From: Anthoceros angustus | Lineage: Eukaryota; Plantae; Anthocerotophyta | Length of the DNA: 64,000 nucleotides | Direction: 5' to 3' | NCBI GenBank assembly: GCA_010909165.1 | Contig: VJWM01000326.1 | Location: forward strand, 4,664 to 68,663 | Part shown: in pieces, positions 37,401-51,015 of the stretch | Layout: every line of letters starts with the position of its first letter | How positions within the stretch are numbered: position 1 is the stretch's first letter | Made by a program: the position numbers and the translations under genes | The notes under the pieces: generated by a model | What the model was told of the DNA's origin: nothing | Database searches by the model: none | The model's input: only the letters and a program-made list of their open reading frames with translations

Positions 37401-39244
37401 CATTTCGACCGAACCGGAGAGCGACTTGAGGCCAGATGACCGATTTGACGAGGAGTTGGTTGCCACGGCCCTTGAAGGGAGGACGTGAGCATGTTGTAGA
37501 CGGCCTAAGGATTGATCAGCCTTTGCCAGCAGAGAGGTCAAATGAGCAAGAAGGGAGCGCAGTGAAAAGCCGCAGCAGGACAACTGGAACCGAGAGGGAT
37601 AAAAGGGCGCCAGTATGGGCGCGAGGAGGAGGCTGGAATGCTCAAGGGTGAGCAGTCAGGAGGGCTGCAAGTGGAGGAAGGCAAGAGGAGGAGAAGGAGG
37701 AAGGCAAGAGGAGAGGAGAGGAGGATTGTGGAGGAAGTGGAGGAAGGCGCCCCACTTGGCGAGGTGGCTGTGCGCCATGGGCGCGAGGAGGAGAAGGCCC
37801 TAGGGAGGTGGACACGCAGGGCGAAGGAGGAGATGGTAGAGTTTAAGAAGGTGGTGAAGATTTCTAAGTGTAGAGGAGAGGAGGATTGTGGAGAAATCAC
37901 AAAATTCACCATGGAGGAAGTGGAGGAAGGCAAGAGGAGGTCGCCATGGGAGCGCGATCTGACCTGGACATGAGGCTAGGCCAAGAAGGAGGAGAAGGAG
38001 GAGAAGGAGGAGAAGGAGGAAGGCAAGAGGGTGAGATTTGGGGAGAAGAAGGAGGAAACGGTTTTGTGAATGAGGTTGAGCATGTTGTAGACGGCCTAAG
38101 GAAGGCAAGAGGGCTGCAAGTGGAGGAAGGAGAAGTGGCACACATCCAAGGGCAAGGATGATGGAGAAATTGAAGGAAGAGGAGGATTGTGGAGGAAGGA
38201 GAAGTGGCACACAAAATGGTGTCGAGGAGCTGTGTCGCTAGAGCCAGAGCAAGGATTTATGGTGATGTGTATGAAGGAGGATTGTGGAGAAATCACACCT
38301 CAAGATATGCTAAAGGAATTGCAAGAAGGAGGAAGGAGTTAGAGGAACACATGTAGATCCATGTGCCATAGAAATTAGAGCTAGAATGTGGTAAGGTGGT
38401 GAAGATTTCTAAGTGTAGAGGAGAGGAGAAGGAGGAGAAGGAGGAGATGGTAGAGTTTAAGAAGGTGGTGAAGATTTCTAAGTGTAGAGGAGAGGAGAGG
38501 AGGATTGTGGAGAAGCTAGTTTTGTGAGCCGAGTTGAAGGCGGTTGTGGCCAGACCAACATCCACGTGAACAAGCTAGATGGAAACAAGCAAGGCGGAGG
38601 AGAGCAAGAGCAAGTCTCGATGCCGAGAAAGCCAAGGATCCGTGAAGGGGAGTTTGGTGAAGACATGCAAGGAGGAGAAAAGGTAACCTACATGAGTGGT
38701 AGGAGAGGAGAAAGGGTGAGCAGTCAGGAGGGCTGCAAGTGGAGGCCAGGTTGGCAAGGAGAAGAGAAGGAGGAGAAGGAGGAGAAACTCCTACCATGGT
38801 AGGAGAGGAGAAGGAGGAGGAGGAGGAGGAGGAGAAGGAGGAGGAGGAGGAGGAGAAGGAGGAGAAGGAGGAGAAGGAGGAGGAGAAAAGGTAACCTACA
38901 TGAGTGGTAGGAGGTGTCCTACCATGGTAGGAGGTGTCCTACCACGGTAGGAGGTGTCCTACCATGGTAGGAGGTGTCCTACCATGGTAGGAGGTGTCCT
39001 ACCATGGTAGGAGGTGTCCTACCATGGTAGGAGAGGAGAAGGAGGAGAAAAGGTAACCTACATGAGTGGTAGGAGAAACTCCTACCGTGGTAGGAGAGGA
39101 GAAAAGGTAACCTACATGAGTGGTAGGAGGTGTCCTACCATGGTAGGAGGTGTCCTACCATGGTAGGAGAGGAGAAGGAGGAGGAGAAGGAGGAGGAGGA
39201 AGAGGAGGTTAGAACGTGAAGGACTCCCATGTCCACGTTATTGA

Positions 39245-39920
39245 ATGGTGAGGTATGAAATTTCTTGGAGCACGGAATCATGTTGGATAGTTTGTCTAGG
39301 GAAGGGCGTGCTGTCTTTCTCCCTAGAGCTGTGCCTTATTGTCTAAGAGATGGGGTCTTATACAAGCTTGGTTTGGATGAGAAGATCCGACGTTGTTTGA
39401 AGGGAAGGAAGCTTCTCTTCTTAAAGAAGCTTTGCATGCGTAAGAGGTTGGAGGCCATTATTCGGTAAATCACGGTGAAGAAGATCTTAGATGCATCCAA
39501 GGGCAAGGAGGAGAAAACGGAGAAAGTGACTCCATTATTTAACATATGGCATGTCTCCATTGAATTTGAAGTACCTACCTATAGAATCATGGAGGATGTC
39601 CTACCATGACCAAGGGCAGGATAGGCTTGCTATATAGAGTCTTTCATAGAGCATGAGGAACGAGGGAAGATGCTTTAGAAGAAACTAATCTGTGAGCTTA
39701 GAAAGGATAGGCATGATGGGAAGTTGAGGAAGCAAGAAGCTATCATGGCCGGGATTTGGTTCTTCTATATGATAGCCGTATATGGACTTCCTGTGGAAGC
39801 TTAGGTTGAGATGGATGGGACCTTATGAGGTGGTGGCGTATGAGAATGGATCCGCAACCACGCAGGCCGGATGGGGATTTGCCGCCAACTAGAGTGAATG
39901 GGTGGAAGGTTAAGAAGCAC
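39245..39920 (+). pseudogene. Integrase tips of gypsy copy 2, same core deletion as copy 1
   Basis: EHGIMLDSLSREGRAVFLPRAVPYCLRDGVLYKLGLDEKIRRCL; IEFEVPTYRI; LVLLYDSR..WMGPYEVV. Confidence 0.75.
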
Positions 39921-39963
39921 TGAGATCTCGCTGTTTAGGACGCAAACAGTGAGGAGGGGAGTA

Positions 39964-42900
39964 TGTGGAACGCAAAAGTTTGGGCAACAAGCTTAAATGA
40001 GTTTGCTTTTGAACAGCCCACACTCTTTGCTAGAAATGGTTTGGTGAAGACATGCAAGGAAATTTTTGCTCCTTTTGAGCGGGAGTTGTAGGACCATGTC
40101 GGGAAGGCAGAGAGGATATGCAGGGAAAAAGAAACGGGTCAAAACGACCTACGGTGAGGAGAAAAGGTAACCTACATGAGTGGTAGGAGGTGTCCTACCA
40201 CCGTAGGAGAAACTCCTACCATGGTAGACGAGGGTAGGAGAGATCCTACCACCGTAGGAGGATGACCGCTAGTGTTTTGATCACCTACCACCGTAGGAAT
40301 AGCTCCTACCATGGTAGGAGAGGGTAGGAAGGTAGGATAGATCCTACCATGGTAGGAGAAACTCCTACCGTGGTAGGAGAAGGGAAAACGCCACCATGGT
40401 AGGAGGATGTCCTACCACGGTAGGAGAGGGTAGGAAGGTAGCTTATGTTTTAGGCAGGATAGGCTTGCTATATATAGAGTCTTTTAGTGGACTAGATAAA
40501 TAGGCCAAAATAGGTAATTAAGAAATTAGAGGCTAATTTTCAATAATTAGAAATTAGGAAAATAGGGAAAAATGGTATTTTAGTATAAGGGAATTAGGAA
40601 ACTAACATCAATGGTGGGAGAAGGGCCACGTGGCACACATCCAAGGGCAGGATAGAATGGTAGTTACTTCTTCTAACCCTTGGGTGACTTATAAAAGTGG
40701 TGCAGGAGGCCATGACCAAGGGCAAGGAGGCCACAACTCGTAAACTTGAAGAGACGGCCTCACGCAGAAGGCGCCGCCACACCTCAAGCCCAAGGCCCCA
40801 TACAGCAACGCACTGCATACGTGAAGGAGGAGAAGGAGGGCGCAAGCTCAAGAAGGAGGAAATCGCGCCCAAGAGAGGAAGAAGGAGGAAAAGAGGAAGA
40901 AGAGAAGGGAGAAGAAGGTTGGGGCGCAACCCAACACTTGCCAAGCTCGTGAGGGTGCCTAGGAGGGTGGAGCGTGGCAAGATTGCTAGGAAACCGTGCA
41001 GGAAGGGCTCCTAAATTGCTGGCGGTGTAAGAGTCCGGGAGAATTTTGGTGAGCTTTCTGCAGGAGAAATCGGGGTTTTGAGGACGCCAAGGTGTAAGGA
41101 CTGCAGGAGGAGAGCAAGGGCAAGGACCTTTGAGCTGTGAGCAAGAGCAAATCGAGGAGGAGGAGAAACGCTTTGCAAGGATAAGAAGTCGGTGAGCCGC
41201 AGGAATTGCAGGAGAGGCATCACTTTTCTTCAATTTCGTGCAAGTACTAACCAAGGAGGCCATGACCAAGCCTACCATGACCAAGGGCAAGGAGGTAGTA
41301 GCCAAGGAAGGAGCGTCCACCAAGGGAGGTGGCGCAGGAGCGGGCAAGAGGTCTAAGGCAGGAGGATCAGACCCCGGAGGGTGGAAATTTGACATGCCCT
41401 TGTTTACGTGCTATGCAGGCCAGCTATCCTCTAGAGACCTTTCAGACTTTCGACCTTGGGCAGCAGAGGAGAATATTCAGCTAGAGTGGGTGTATGGGCG
41501 ACATTGGTCTTACACCAACCTTGAATTGATAGAGGAGTGTTTTGCTAATTTGCAGACGGAAGAGGAAGAGGAATTGGCCGCCTTACCGGATAGAAACGAC
41601 GGACGGATCCACGGTGTTGGATAAGGAGCATACGCTGTATATGGCGGTGCCGGATAGCGAGGATAGCGGAATCACGTTGATGGAAGGAACAAGTGGAGGC
41701 AAGCGTGCATCGACGGCGGATCTCCCCAAGGGAGCCCTTACACTTATGCAAGGGGGCATGAAGGCTAAGTCCAAGAATGGTTGGCTGACGGACCAAATCT
41801 TGGAGCCGAAGTGGAGATTGTTCACAAGAATGGTTTTGGGCTTGGTGAGCAATCCAAGGGTGTCATATTTCAGCACTACCTTCCTTCATTTTCTGTGGAA
41901 GATCACTCAAGGAGCGAAGCCGGATTGGGGGCTCATCATGTATGAAGCATACACCTACCACGGTAGGAGGGAAAGGAAGTCACGGTTTGGAAGCTCCCAA
42001 GAGGAGAAGGAGAGCAAGGCATGCTATCTTAGCACTTATCTAGTGCATTTGTGGGAAGTAGAGGGCTACTCACAAGTAAGGAGTTGGATGATTCCAAGCA
42101 TCCCTTTAACATTGTGTACTTATGCCTGTGAGAGGGACAGGAGTGCTTGGTGCTTTGCGCCTAAAGGAGGTGCCGCACCACCGGACATTATTGCCGGAAG
42201 GAATCCTCCAAAGATAGGCCGAGGATGCGGAGGACTTGCAAGGAGAAGTTGTAGGGGATTTGAAGTTTGGACCGGAGGATGCGGAGATGGAAGGTAGGAT
42301 AGATCCTACCATGGCGAATCCCGCGAGGGTGGGAGGTGTTCCCACGTGGTTTGGGACCCCTTCGTCCTCTCATGACAAGGCCTACGGAGGAATTAGTCCT
42401 ACCACGGTAGGAAGTAGTCCCACTGGAGCACCTCCTACCACGGTAGGAGGGAAAGGAAGTCACGGTTTGGAAGCTCCCAAGAGGAGATAAGAAGGCAACC
42501 GGCCCTGCTAGGTGGGCGAGCGGATGGAGTCACGGTGGGAGGAGTTGCCACCAAGTGATGAGCGGGAGCTCATCATAGGGAAGCAAGGGATGTAAGATCC
42601 CATGAGCAAGGCAAAGGCCTTGAGTCTCCGGAGGTAAGAAAGGAGACTTAGACATGTTGGAGGAGATGCTGCATAGGGGAGATGTTCAAGGTAGACATAG
42701 GAGCCGCCAAGAGGAGAGTTGAATTCTTGAAGACGGAGGCGAGAAGACAAGGACCTACCAAGCAAGGGAAATTGCGGTAGTAGCTAAGGAAGGAACTCAA
42801 GATAGGCCGGAGGATGTTATGAGGATGGAAGCTCAAGTGGAGCACTTGGAAAAGAGTCTTGAAACAAGGCACAGGAGGCAAACAATCATATTCGGAGAAC

Positions 42901-45900
42901 AAGGCTCTTACCAAGCAATTGGCAGCTCGAGAGGAGAAGGTGGAGCAACTTGCTCACATGGTGCATGGAAAAGAAGGCGAAGACAAGCAAGTGCTGCTAA
43001 TGGAGGAAAGGTCAAGACGAGAGCAATCGCAAAGAAATGAGGGCAAGACAAAGGCAAGTAGGCGCACATGAGCGGGTCATAGCCACACAATGAAGATTAG
43101 TGACATGGAAAAGGAGCTGGGAGAAATCCGCCGGAGGCTGGAATTGAAGGAAGAAGAGCTGGAAGAACGGACACATTTTGTCCAAAGATTGGAAATGGAA
43201 CGAGAAGTCCAAAGAACGGAGAATGCACAACTCCCTAGGAGGATAGGGGAGTTGGAGGAAGAAATGGCAAAGGAGAAAGGCCGTCATGAGGCGGTAAAGA
43301 TATGTTGGCGGTGAGGGAGCAGAGATTTCGGGCTGATTATGCCCTACAAGAGAGATTGATCCGCCAACTGCAGAATGAGAGGACGGAGAATGTGGCTCTC
43401 CATGTCAAGACTGGTGAGCTGGCCTTGGAGCGAGATGCTTACAAAAGCAAGTGTGAGCATGGTGTATGGCTTGAGGATTATGAAGAATTGGAGATGGCAC
43501 AACAACGATTTGCAGCCCATCTTCACAACAAGGTGCTCAAGGCCACTAACGAGTTGTTGCGACTTGCTTTTGAAAGGAGGATGTTGGGACCTCATGACGA
43601 TGATAGGGAGGCCCTCATGCAAGTCCAACCGGAAGCCTTAGACTTGGAGAGTGTCCCAAGCAACAGGGGTGAAGAAACTTCGCACCATGGAGAAGCAAGT
43701 GAAGCGGGAGAAGCTGCACATGTGGAGAGAATCACCCCAGGAAGGGGTAAGGAAGAAGAAACGACCCCGGTAGGAACTCCTACCGTGGTAGGAGGAGTTC
43801 CTACCGTGGTAGGAGGGACTCCTACCGTGGTAGGAGAAGGTCCTACCATGGTAGGAGGAGTTGGAGGAAGAAGGAGGAGGCTGCTAGCATGGATTTGACG
43901 GCAGGGGAGGCGAGTACCTTGGCCCTTGCAGGAAAGAAGGAAGAGGGGGTTGATCTTGCAGAATGGAGCAAGAATCACAAGGAGAAGACCAACCTCCTAA
44001 CATGGGTGTGGAGAAGGAGCTCACTTGCTCACATGGTGCGACATGGGAAAAGAAGGCAAGACAAGCAAGTGCTGCTAATGGAGGAAAGGTCAAGACGAGA
44101 GCAATCTCAGAAATGAGGGCAAGACAAAGGCAAGTAGGCACATGAGCGGGTCATAGCCACACAGGTGTGAAGATTAGTGACATGGAAAAGGAGCTGGGAG
44201 AAACCAGGAGGCTGGAATTGAAGGAAGAAGAGCTGGAAGAACGGACACATTTTGTCCAAAGATTGGAAATGGAACGAGAAGTCCAAAGAACGGAGAATGC
44301 ACAACTCCCTAGGAGGATAGGGGAGTTGGAGGAAGAAATGGCAAAGGAGAAAGGCCGTCATGAGGCGGTAAAGATATGTTGGCGGTGAGGGAGAGATTTC
44401 CGATTATGCCCTACAAGAGAGATTGATCCGCCAACCGTAATGAGAGGACGGAGAATGTGGCTCTCCATGTCAAGACCGGTGAGCTGGCCTTGGAGCGAGA
44501 TGCTTACAAAAGCAAGTGTGAGCATGGAGTATGGCTTGAGGATTACGAAGAATTGGAGATGGCACAACAACGATTTGCAGCCCATCTTCACAACAAGGTG
44601 CTCAAGGCCACTAACGAGTTGTTGCGACTTGCTGAAAGGAGGATGTTGGGACCTCATGACGATGATAGGGAGGCCCTCATGCAAATCCAACCGGAAGCCT
44701 TGGACTTGGAGAAGATCCCAAGCAACATTGGTGAAGAACCTTCGCACCAGGGAGAAGCAAGTGAAGGAGAAGCAGTGTGGAGAGAATCACCCTGTGAAGG
44801 GGTAAGGAAGAAGAAACGACTGTAGGAACTCCTACTGGTAGGAGGAGTTCCTACCGTGGTAGGAGGGACTCACCGTGGTAGGAGAAGGTCCTACCATGGT
44901 AGGAGGGCCAAGAAGCAGCGGATTCAAAGGTCGCTAGCATGGATTTGACGGCAAGGGAGGCGAGTACCTTGGCCCTTGGGTGAAGAAGGAAGAGAAGGAG
45001 AAGAAGGAGGGCGCAACCCAACACTTGCCAAGCTCGTGAGGGTGCCTAGGAGGGTGGAGCGTGGCAAGATTGCTAGGAAACCGTGCAGAAGGGCTCCTAA
45101 ATTGTGGCAAGGTGTAAGAGTCCGTGGGGAATTTTGTGAGCTTTCTGCAGGAGAAATCGGGTTTTGAGACGCCAAGGTGTAAGGACTGCAGGAGGAGAGC
45201 AAGGGCAAGGACCTTTGAGCTGTGAGCAAGAGCAAATCGAGGAGGAGGAGAAGTCGAGGATGAGCCATGGCTAAGAGAGCCCGGCTATTTTATTGGAGGA
45301 AGAAACTTCGCACTGTGGAGAAGCAAGTGAAGGAGAAGGTCCTACCACGGTAGGAGGATAGGGGAGAGAATCACCTGTGAAGGGGTAAGGAAGAAGAAAC
45401 GACTGTAGGAACTCCTACTGGTAGGAGGAGTTCCTACCGTGGTAGGAGGGACTCACCGTAGGAGAAGGTCCTACCATGGTAGGAGGGCCGGAAGAAGCAG
45501 CGGATTCAAAGGTCGCTAGCATGGATTTGACGGCAAGGGAGGCGAGTACCTTGGCCCTTGCAGAAAGAAGGAAGAGGGGTTGATCTTGCGGTGAATGGAG
45601 CAAGAATCACAAGGAGAAGACCAACCTCCTAACATGGGTGCAGGGAGCTCACTTGCTCCACAAGTGAGAGGAAGAGGAGAAGTCGAGGATGAGCCATGGC
45701 TAAGAGAGCCCGGCTATTTTATTGGAGGAAGGAACTCAAGATAGGCATCAAGATAAGGAAGGGATTCATAAGAAGTCCTTAAATTAGCTTGAAGACATGG
45801 GGCAAGATGCCACTTGGGAAGACTTTTCTTTAGAGGAGGAGGAGCATTAATGCTTGTCAGTTGAGAGTGTGTTGACTAGCTAGATAGGAATGTTGTGAGC

Positions 45901-48900
45901 CATTAAGGCTCACATAGGTGAATTTTGCTAGAATAGAATTTTACCCAAGATGCTTGGATGTCGAACTTAAAGTCCGATAGTAGGATACACTAAAATAAGG
46001 AGTAAGGCGGTGCAGGAGGAGAAGGTCCTACCATGGTAGGAGAAGGTCCTACCATGGTAGGAGAAGGCGCTAGCATGGATTTGACGGCAAGGGAGGCGAG
46101 TACCTTGGCCCTTGCAGAAAGAAGGAAGAGGGGTTGATCTTGCAGAATGGAGCAAGAATCACAAGGAGAAGACCAACCTCCTAACATGGGTGTGGAGAAG
46201 GAGCTCACTTGCTCCACAAGTGAGAGGAAGAGGAGAAGTCGAGGATGAGCCATGGCTAAGAGAGCCCGGCTATTTTATTGGAGGAAGGAACTCAAGATAG
46301 GCATCAAGATAAGGAAGGGATTCATAAGAAGTCCTTAAATTAGCTTGAAGACATGGGGCAAGATGCCACTTGGGAAGACTTTTCTTTAGAGGAGGACAGT
46401 ATTAATGCTTGTCAGTTGAGAGTGTGTTGACTAGCTAGATAGGAATGTTGTGAGCCATTAAGGCTCACATAGGTGAATTTTGCTAGAATAGAATTTTACC
46501 CAAGATGCTTGGATGTCGAACTTAAAGTCCGATAGTAGGATACACTAAAATAAGGAGTAAGGCGGTGCAGGAGGAGGAAGAAGCAGGATTCAAAGGTGCT
46601 AGCATGGATTTGACGGCAAGGGAGGCGAGTACCTTGGCCCTTGCAGAAAGAAGGAAGAGGGGTTGATCTTGCAGAATGGAGCAAGAATCACAAGGAGAAG
46701 ACCAACCTCCTAACATGGGTGTGGAGAAGGAGCTCACTTGCTCCACAAGTGAGAGGAAGAGGAGAAGTCGAGGATGAGCCAAGGCTAAGAGAGCCCGGCT
46801 ATTTTATTGGAGGAAGGAACTCAAGATAGGCATCAAGATAAGGAAGGGATTCATAAGAAGTCCTTAAATTAGCTTGAAGACATGGGGCAAGATGCCACTT
46901 GGGAAGACTTTTCTTTAGAGGAGGACAGTATTAATGCTTGTCACCAAAGAGAGTGTGTTGACTAGCTAGATAGGAATGTTGACAGAGCCATTAAGGCTCA
47001 CATAGGTGAATTTTGCTAGAATAGAATTTTACCCAAGATGCTTGGATGTCGAACTTACCGGCAATAGGATACACTAAAATAAGGAGGCAAAGGCTGTGAG
47101 GGCGCGTGGGAGGTATGTGAGGACCTCCCTATAAAAGGAGGGAGCTTGTGAAGTAAAATTATCGTGTCTTGCGCTCCCATCCTCCCGAGTCCTTCACTTT
47201 GTGTGCGGAATTTCGTGCCGCAAGCCAACGCAGTCCGTAGAGAGGAGAAGGTCCTACCACGGTAGGAGATTGTGGAGGAGGAGGAAGAAGAGGGCGCCTT
47301 GCTTGCTCTTTGCGGCCCACACTCGCTGCTCCTCTTGTGAATGGTTCTTTGTGAATTGTTTTGCTTTGAGTGTGTGGCGATGCTCAAGGAACTCTCGGCT
47401 TGAGGAGGAGGAAGAGGAAAGACTCGGAGGTTCTCGCCCGTGCAAACCACATAGCAACCGCCCAAGGAAGAAGAGGGCGTTGTTGATTGAGAGAGTTGTG
47501 AGGAGGAGAAGGTCCTACCATGGTAGGAGGAGTTGGAATTAATGAGCCAGCAATTGGTGTTAGAGTAGGAGATTGTGGAGGAAGGAAGGGTAGATGAGTA
47601 GAGAAGAAGAGGGCGTTGTTGATTGAGAGAGTTGTGAGGAGGATTAGAGTGTAGGAAAACTAAGGCCACAGGTCGAGCCTAAGGGACGAATCCCAAATCC
47701 ACTGCAAGTAAGAGGGCGCCTCCCGTGTGGAGAAGAGTGTCTTAGGAGTAGGGACGGTTGCGGTGTGGGTCGGGGGTCCTGGCGCCCGTGATAGACACCT
47801 CATTGGGCGTAACACAATTGTGTGGTGTCGTTGTAGGTTGAGGTTTGGTGAGTTCTGAAGCGATGCAGGCGCGTGGCTGTAGAGGGAGCGTGAGAGGGCG
47901 CCTTGCTTGTTTAGAAGGCTGAGGTAGTGTGTAGCTGCGGGTAGTGGTTTCTCAAGATTTGACGGCAAGGGAGGCGAGTACCTTGGCCCTTGCAGAAAGA
48001 AGGAAGAGGGGTTGATCTTGCAGAATGGAGCAAGAATCACAAGGAGAAGACCAACCTCCTAACATGGGTGTGGAGAAGGAGCTCACTTGCTCCACAAGTG
48101 AGAGGAAGAGGAGAAGTCGAGGATGAGCCAAGGCTAAGAGAGCCCGGCTATTTTATTGGAGGAAGGAACTCAAGATAGGCATCAAGATAAGGAAGGGATT
48201 CATAAGAAGTCCTTAAATTAGCTTGAAGACATGGGGCAAGATGCCACTTGGGAAGACTTTTCTTTAGAGGAGGACAGTATTAATGCTTGTCACCAAAGAG
48301 AGTGTGTTGACTAGCTAGATAGGAATGTTGACAGAGCCATTAAGGCTCACATAGGTGAATTTTGCTAGAATAGAATTTTACCCAAGATGCTTGGATGTCG
48401 AACTTACCGGCAATAGGATACACTAAAATAAGGAGGCAAAGGCTGTGAGGGCGCGTGGGAGGTATGTGAGGACCTCCCTATAAAAGGAGGGAGCTTGTGA
48501 AGTAAAATTATCGTGTCTTGCGCCCCATCCTCCCGAGTCCTTCACTTTGTGAATTTCGTGCCGCAAGCCAACGCAGTCCGTAGAGAGGAGAACGGTTCGG
48601 AGGCCGGGGAGGGCTTGCTCTTTGCGCCGCCAGCCTCCCCTTGTGAATGGTTGTGAATTGTTTTGCTTTGAGTGTGTGGCGATGCTCAAGGAACTCTCGG
48701 CTTGAGGGTAGACTGTGGAAAAGACTCGGAGGTTCTCGCCGTCTGCAAACCACATAGCAACCGCCCAAGGAAGAACTCGTTAATTTCCTGACGGACCCGT
48801 GCCAGCCGAAGGGCGAGTTGGAATTAATGAGCCAGCAATTGGTGTTAGAGTAGGAGATTGTGGAGGAAGGAAGGGTAGATGAGTAGAGAAGAAGAGGGCG

Positions 48901-49336
48901 TTGTTGATTGAGAGAGTTGTGAGGAGGATTAGAGTGTAGGAAAACTAAGGCCACGTGTGAGCCTAAGGGACGAATCCCAAATGCAAGTAAGAGGGCGCTC
49001 GTGGAGAAGAGTGTCTTAGGAGTAGGGACGGTTGCGGTGTGGTCAGGGGTCCCTGGCGCCCGTGATAGACACCTTGTCATAAGACGAACCCGCAATTGTG
49101 TGGTGTCGTTGTAGGTTGAGGTTTGGTGAGTTTACGGGCAAGACGCGCGAGGCTGCTGTAGAGGGAGCGTGAGAGGGCGCCTTGCTTGTTTAGAAGGCTG
49201 AGGTAGTGTGTCAGCAGTAGTGACGGATTTCTCAAGATCGACCCCCAAGTCTCATGGGACGAAACCCAACGCATTTAAACGGGGATAAGTGTGGCCGCTA
49301 GAGGGGAATCTCGGAGTGCCCCGGGTTTTCCTCCCA
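39964..49336 (+). repeat. 3' LTR of gypsy copy 2, expanded to ~9.4 kb by internal duplications
   Basis: TGTGGAACGC after PPT; ends CCTCCCA; duplicated blocks at ~44020-44960, ~44980-45240 and ~520-bp units at ~45510, 46070, 46600, 47957. Confidence 0.75.
41272..45771 (+). pseudogene. LTR-embedded additional ORF in 3' LTR 2 (partly duplicated)
   Basis: Longest open pieces 41238-41624, 41542-42297 and 43302-43898 in the ORF track. Confidence 0.68.
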
Positions 49337-51015
49337 TGCGATGATGAAGCGAGAATATCCCTTGGATGACATGGAGCCTGTAGTCATCCCCCCGCAGATT
49401 CCACCTTGGTGCGGGTGGCGGCAGCAATGAGGCCCCGATGCTGACGGGACTTCAGTCACATGATTTTCCAGCCAATGCTAATGCTCACATGGTGCATGGG
49501 AAAAGAAGGAAGAAGGAGGAGAAGGTCCTACCATGGTAGGAGATTGTGGAGGAAGAAGAACCCCGAACCATGAGGATCGGCATCATCCACCACCATCTGA
49601 ATGGGCAGAGCCCCGTTACCAATCTATTGACTTTAGGACTAACCTAGTTGTCAGCCCCGTCATTCCAGATGAGCCTACTTCTCTATCTCAAGCCTTTAAT
49701 GGCCCTGAGTCAGTGCAATGGAAAGTAGCTGTGGAGGACGAATACCAGTCCTTGGTAAAGAACAAGACTTGGGTACTAGCTGACCTACCTCCTGGCCGAA
49801 AGGCAATATCCTGTAAATGGGTTTTTAAGCTAAAGCTAAATGCTAAAGGAGAGGTGGCTAGGTTCAAAGCTCGTCTTGTAGCATGAGGGTTTACACAGGT
49901 TGAGGGTTTGGACTATCAGGAAACATTCTCCCCTGTTGTACATACACAATCCATAAGGATTCTCCTAGCCTATGCAACAGAACACAATCTGGACCTTCAG
50001 CAGATGGATGTTTGCACTGCCTTCTTCTATGGTGCGCTGGACGAAGAGTTATACATGCTGCAGCCAGAAGGGTATGAGGATAAGAAACATCCACACAAAG
50101 TTTTGAAGCTGCTGAAATGTATCTATGGCTTAAAAGCAGTGGGAGAGTTGGATGTGATGCATGTTTACTTAGTATCAACCTGAGCCGCAGTGGCACAAAT
50201 GTCTACAAGCTCACGGTTGGGTCTTCAATTGTGATCCTTGCCCTTTACGTAGATGAGGTGATCATAGCAACCGCCCAAGGAAGAAGAGGGCGTTGTTGAT
50301 TGAGAGAGTTGTGAGGAGGAGGAAGGAAGGGTAGATGAGTAGAGAAGAAGAGAAGGGAGAAGAAGAGGGCGTTGTTGATTGAGAGAGTTGTGAGGAGGAG
50401 GAAGGAAGGGTAGATGAGTAGAGAAGAAGAGAAGGAGGAAGTTCAACCTAGATCAAGCTCGTCCTGCTACAACACCTTTTGCGGTTGGGACTAAACTTAC
50501 GGGAGCGGTGTGCTGGGCGTTGAGGAAATGAACATCGTGATGTACCATGGAACATGCGATGGGTAGCCTCATCTTTTGTAGCTAAGGAAGGAGGAGAAGG
50601 TCCTACCATGGTAGGAGATTGTGGAGGAAGAAGAGGGCGCCCGAGACCACTCGGGTGTGATGGATTTTCGTTATCTTAAAGGCACTCATACAACAGGACT
50701 GGTTTACAGACAAAGTGGGACAACACAACTTACCTTGACAGGGTTTACAGATGCCGACTAGGCTTCTGATTAAGACTCTTGATGCAGCTTGTCAACATAT
50801 TGTTTTACACTTGCGTCGGCATTTGTCTTGAGTTGTATTCTTCTATAGCACCTCTCACAAACAATACAAGTCTTTGTGAAGCTTCCAAGGAAGAAGAGAA
50901 GGGAGAAGAAGAGGAGGATGTTGGGACCTCATGATTTAAGCTGCATCCAACCCACGACTCCTCTGGTCAACACTTGAGTTAGGAGCTAATCCTAAATTCC
51001 ATGCTCGGACCAAAC
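49337..51015 (+). pseudogene. pol: Copia B reverse transcriptase and 5' RNase H, truncated after FHARTK
   Basis: EDEYQSLVKNKTWVLADLPPGRKAISCKWVFKLKLNAKGEVARFKARLVA; DYQETFSPVV; QMDVCTAF; LLKCIYGLK; YVDE; LTGFTDAD; KFHARTK. Confidence 0.88.

Larger units (their letters stand above)
29760..49336 (+). mobile_element. Non-autonomous Athila/Tat-like gypsy, copy 2, inserted in the INT-RT linker of copia B
   Basis: 5' LTR 29760-35135, PBS 35140, gag and integrase relics, PPT 39951, 3' LTR 39964-49336; flanks rejoin into a copia linker resembling copia C (REYPL vs RDYPF); TSD not readable. Confidence 0.85.
18903..51015 (+). mobile_element. Ty1/copia element B, interrupted by copia A, gypsy copy 2 and a diverged LTR; 3' end not in view
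   Basis: LTR ending TTCACA plus PBS at 19106; leader resumes at 26536; gag-PR-INT 27546-29760; RT-RH 49337-51015; LTR start approximate. Confidence 0.75.

Noticed and set aside
38790-38890. (GAGGAGAAG)n purine run as a regulatory or triplex element
   Set aside because: Absent from the equivalent region of copy 1; low-complexity, probably artefactual.
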